DNA from: an uncultured Planctomycetota bacterium
GTDB lineage: Bacteria; Planctomycetota; Planctomycetia; Pirellulales; Lacipirellulaceae
Direction of reading: 5' to 3'
Assembly: GCA_963840025.1 (NCBI GenBank)
Contig: CAWIXI010000019.1
Location: forward strand, 44,485-108,484
Length of the DNA stretch: 64,000 bases
Below are positions 63,356-64,000 of this stretch, one piece after another. Position 1 is the stretch's first letter. Every line of letters begins with the position of its first letter. Below the pieces are notes generated by a model that worked only from the letters and a program-made list of their open reading frames with translations, searched no databases and was not told the DNA's origin. Both the position numbers and the translations under genes were made by a program.

Positions 63356-64000
63356 ATGTGTGGGAGCTTTCCTGCCCGTGCAGCCAAAATTCTTCTCACG
63401 TCATGTCAAGAAGGCGCGGCGTTCTACTTAGAATTGTCGCCGGACAAAAATTGCAAGTTTGCCGTCGTTTGCGGCGGTCGAGAAGAGTGCACGGGAGACT
63501 TCATCATCGACCGTTGCACCTTTCCCTACATGTCAATTGAGTTTGTGAGTCGCGGGCGCGGCACACTATGGCTCAAAGGGCAGGAGTATCCCCTCGCAGC
63601 AGGAAGCGTATTTACCTATGGTCCGGACATTGCCCACAAGATTGTCGCGGATCAAGCAGACCCATTCAGCAAGTATTTTGTCGATTTCCTTGGCAGCGGT
63701 GCACGACGGTTCATGGAGGAAAACGGCTTGCAACTCGGCACGGTCCGAAAAGTGAGCCTGCCGTTGGAACTAGAGCGGTCGCTTGACGATCTCATTTCAC
63801 ATGGCTTACGCGAAAGCGGCGCTGGCTCCAAGTTGTGCGACACACTCATGCGGTATGTCCTGTTGCTCGTAGCATCTTCGTCGTCTCCAGCCACTACAAG
63901 CCTCTCGCTGGCGCACAGTACTTACCTGCGCTGTCGTGAGCAGATTGAGAAGCAATACTTAAGCCTGCAATCTCTCGATGAAGTAGCGAAGGTTTCCTAT
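63356..64000 (+). CDS. AraC-family transcriptional regulator (cupin sensor domain + start of HTH), 3' end outside window
   Basis: Frame 2 is open from ATG 63356 to the window end, so it is absent from the ORF track. It reads ...FAVVCGGREECTGDFIIDRCTFPYMSIEFVSRGRGTLWLKGQEYPLAAGSVFTYGPDIAHKI (AraC-type cupin) ...YLRCREQIEKQYLSLQSLDEVAKVSY (start of the AraC HTH region). It is divergent from the GME operon. Confidence 0.75.
   Translation, partial: MCGSFPARAAKILLTSCQEGAAFYLELSPDKNCKFAVVCGGREECTGDFIIDRCTFPYMSIEFVSRGRGTLWLKGQEYPLAAGSVFTYGPDIAHKIVADQADPFSKYFVDFLGSGARRFMEENGLQLGTVRKVSLPLELERSLDDLISHGLRESGAGSKLCDTLMRYVLLLVASSSSPATTSLSLAHSTYLRCREQIEKQYLSLQSLDEVAKVSY

Noticed and set aside
1-64000. Search for CRISPR arrays, tRNA or rRNA genes, and toxin-antitoxin or defence-system genes.
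   Set aside because: No direct-repeat/spacer periodicity, no cloverleaf-like or rRNA-like segments were noticed in the intergenic regions (2522-2704, 5083-5173, 6686-7138, 22586-23135, 45036-45346, 56949-57361, 58875-58976), and no defence-type domains were seen. A manual scan cannot fully exclude small RNAs.

Overview
GC-rich bacterial chromosome segment. The gene content points to Planctomycetota, probably Pirellulales-like (inference). It includes 12 Cys-type S1 sulfatases, five DUF1559/H-X9-DG pseudopilin-like proteins with small lipoprotein partners, a Rhodopirellula/Verrucomicrobium-type ECF sigma factor with a FecR-like anti-sigma, PEP-CTERM proteins and TAT-exported Gfo/Idh/MocA oxidoreductases. 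Nt 836-56948 form a sulfatase-dense glycan-degradation island, co-directional on the + strand from 16139 onward. It carries GH29 and GH95 fucosidases, GH116, a clan GH-D alpha-galactosidase-like enzyme, SGNH and alpha/beta-hydrolase esterases, a PhoD-like metallophosphatase, DUF1080 and a xylose-isomerase-like TIM barrel. A sulfated, acetylated, fucose-containing polysaccharide is the likely substrate (inference). An IS3-family element (57362-58874, 28-nt inverted repeats, 3-bp CTT duplication) separates this island from a minus-strand nucleotide-sugar operon. That operon encodes a GDP-mannose 3,5-epimerase homologue, an RbsD-like pyranase, a GHMP-like kinase, a tandem cytidylyltransferase-fold protein and an SDR epimerase, with a divergent AraC-type regulator. 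Other notable structure: a 97-bp TA-flanked palindromic MITE-like element sits in-frame, in opposite orientations, in the signal-peptide regions of two unrelated sulfatases. There is also a tandem array of DUF1559 + lipoprotein gene pairs with 1-nt stop/start overlaps. Major caveat: about 45 reading-frame breaks interrupt about 23 recognisable genes. Merged spans are reported as pseudogenes, but many breaks may be assembly indels. No rRNA, tRNA or CRISPR array was recognised.
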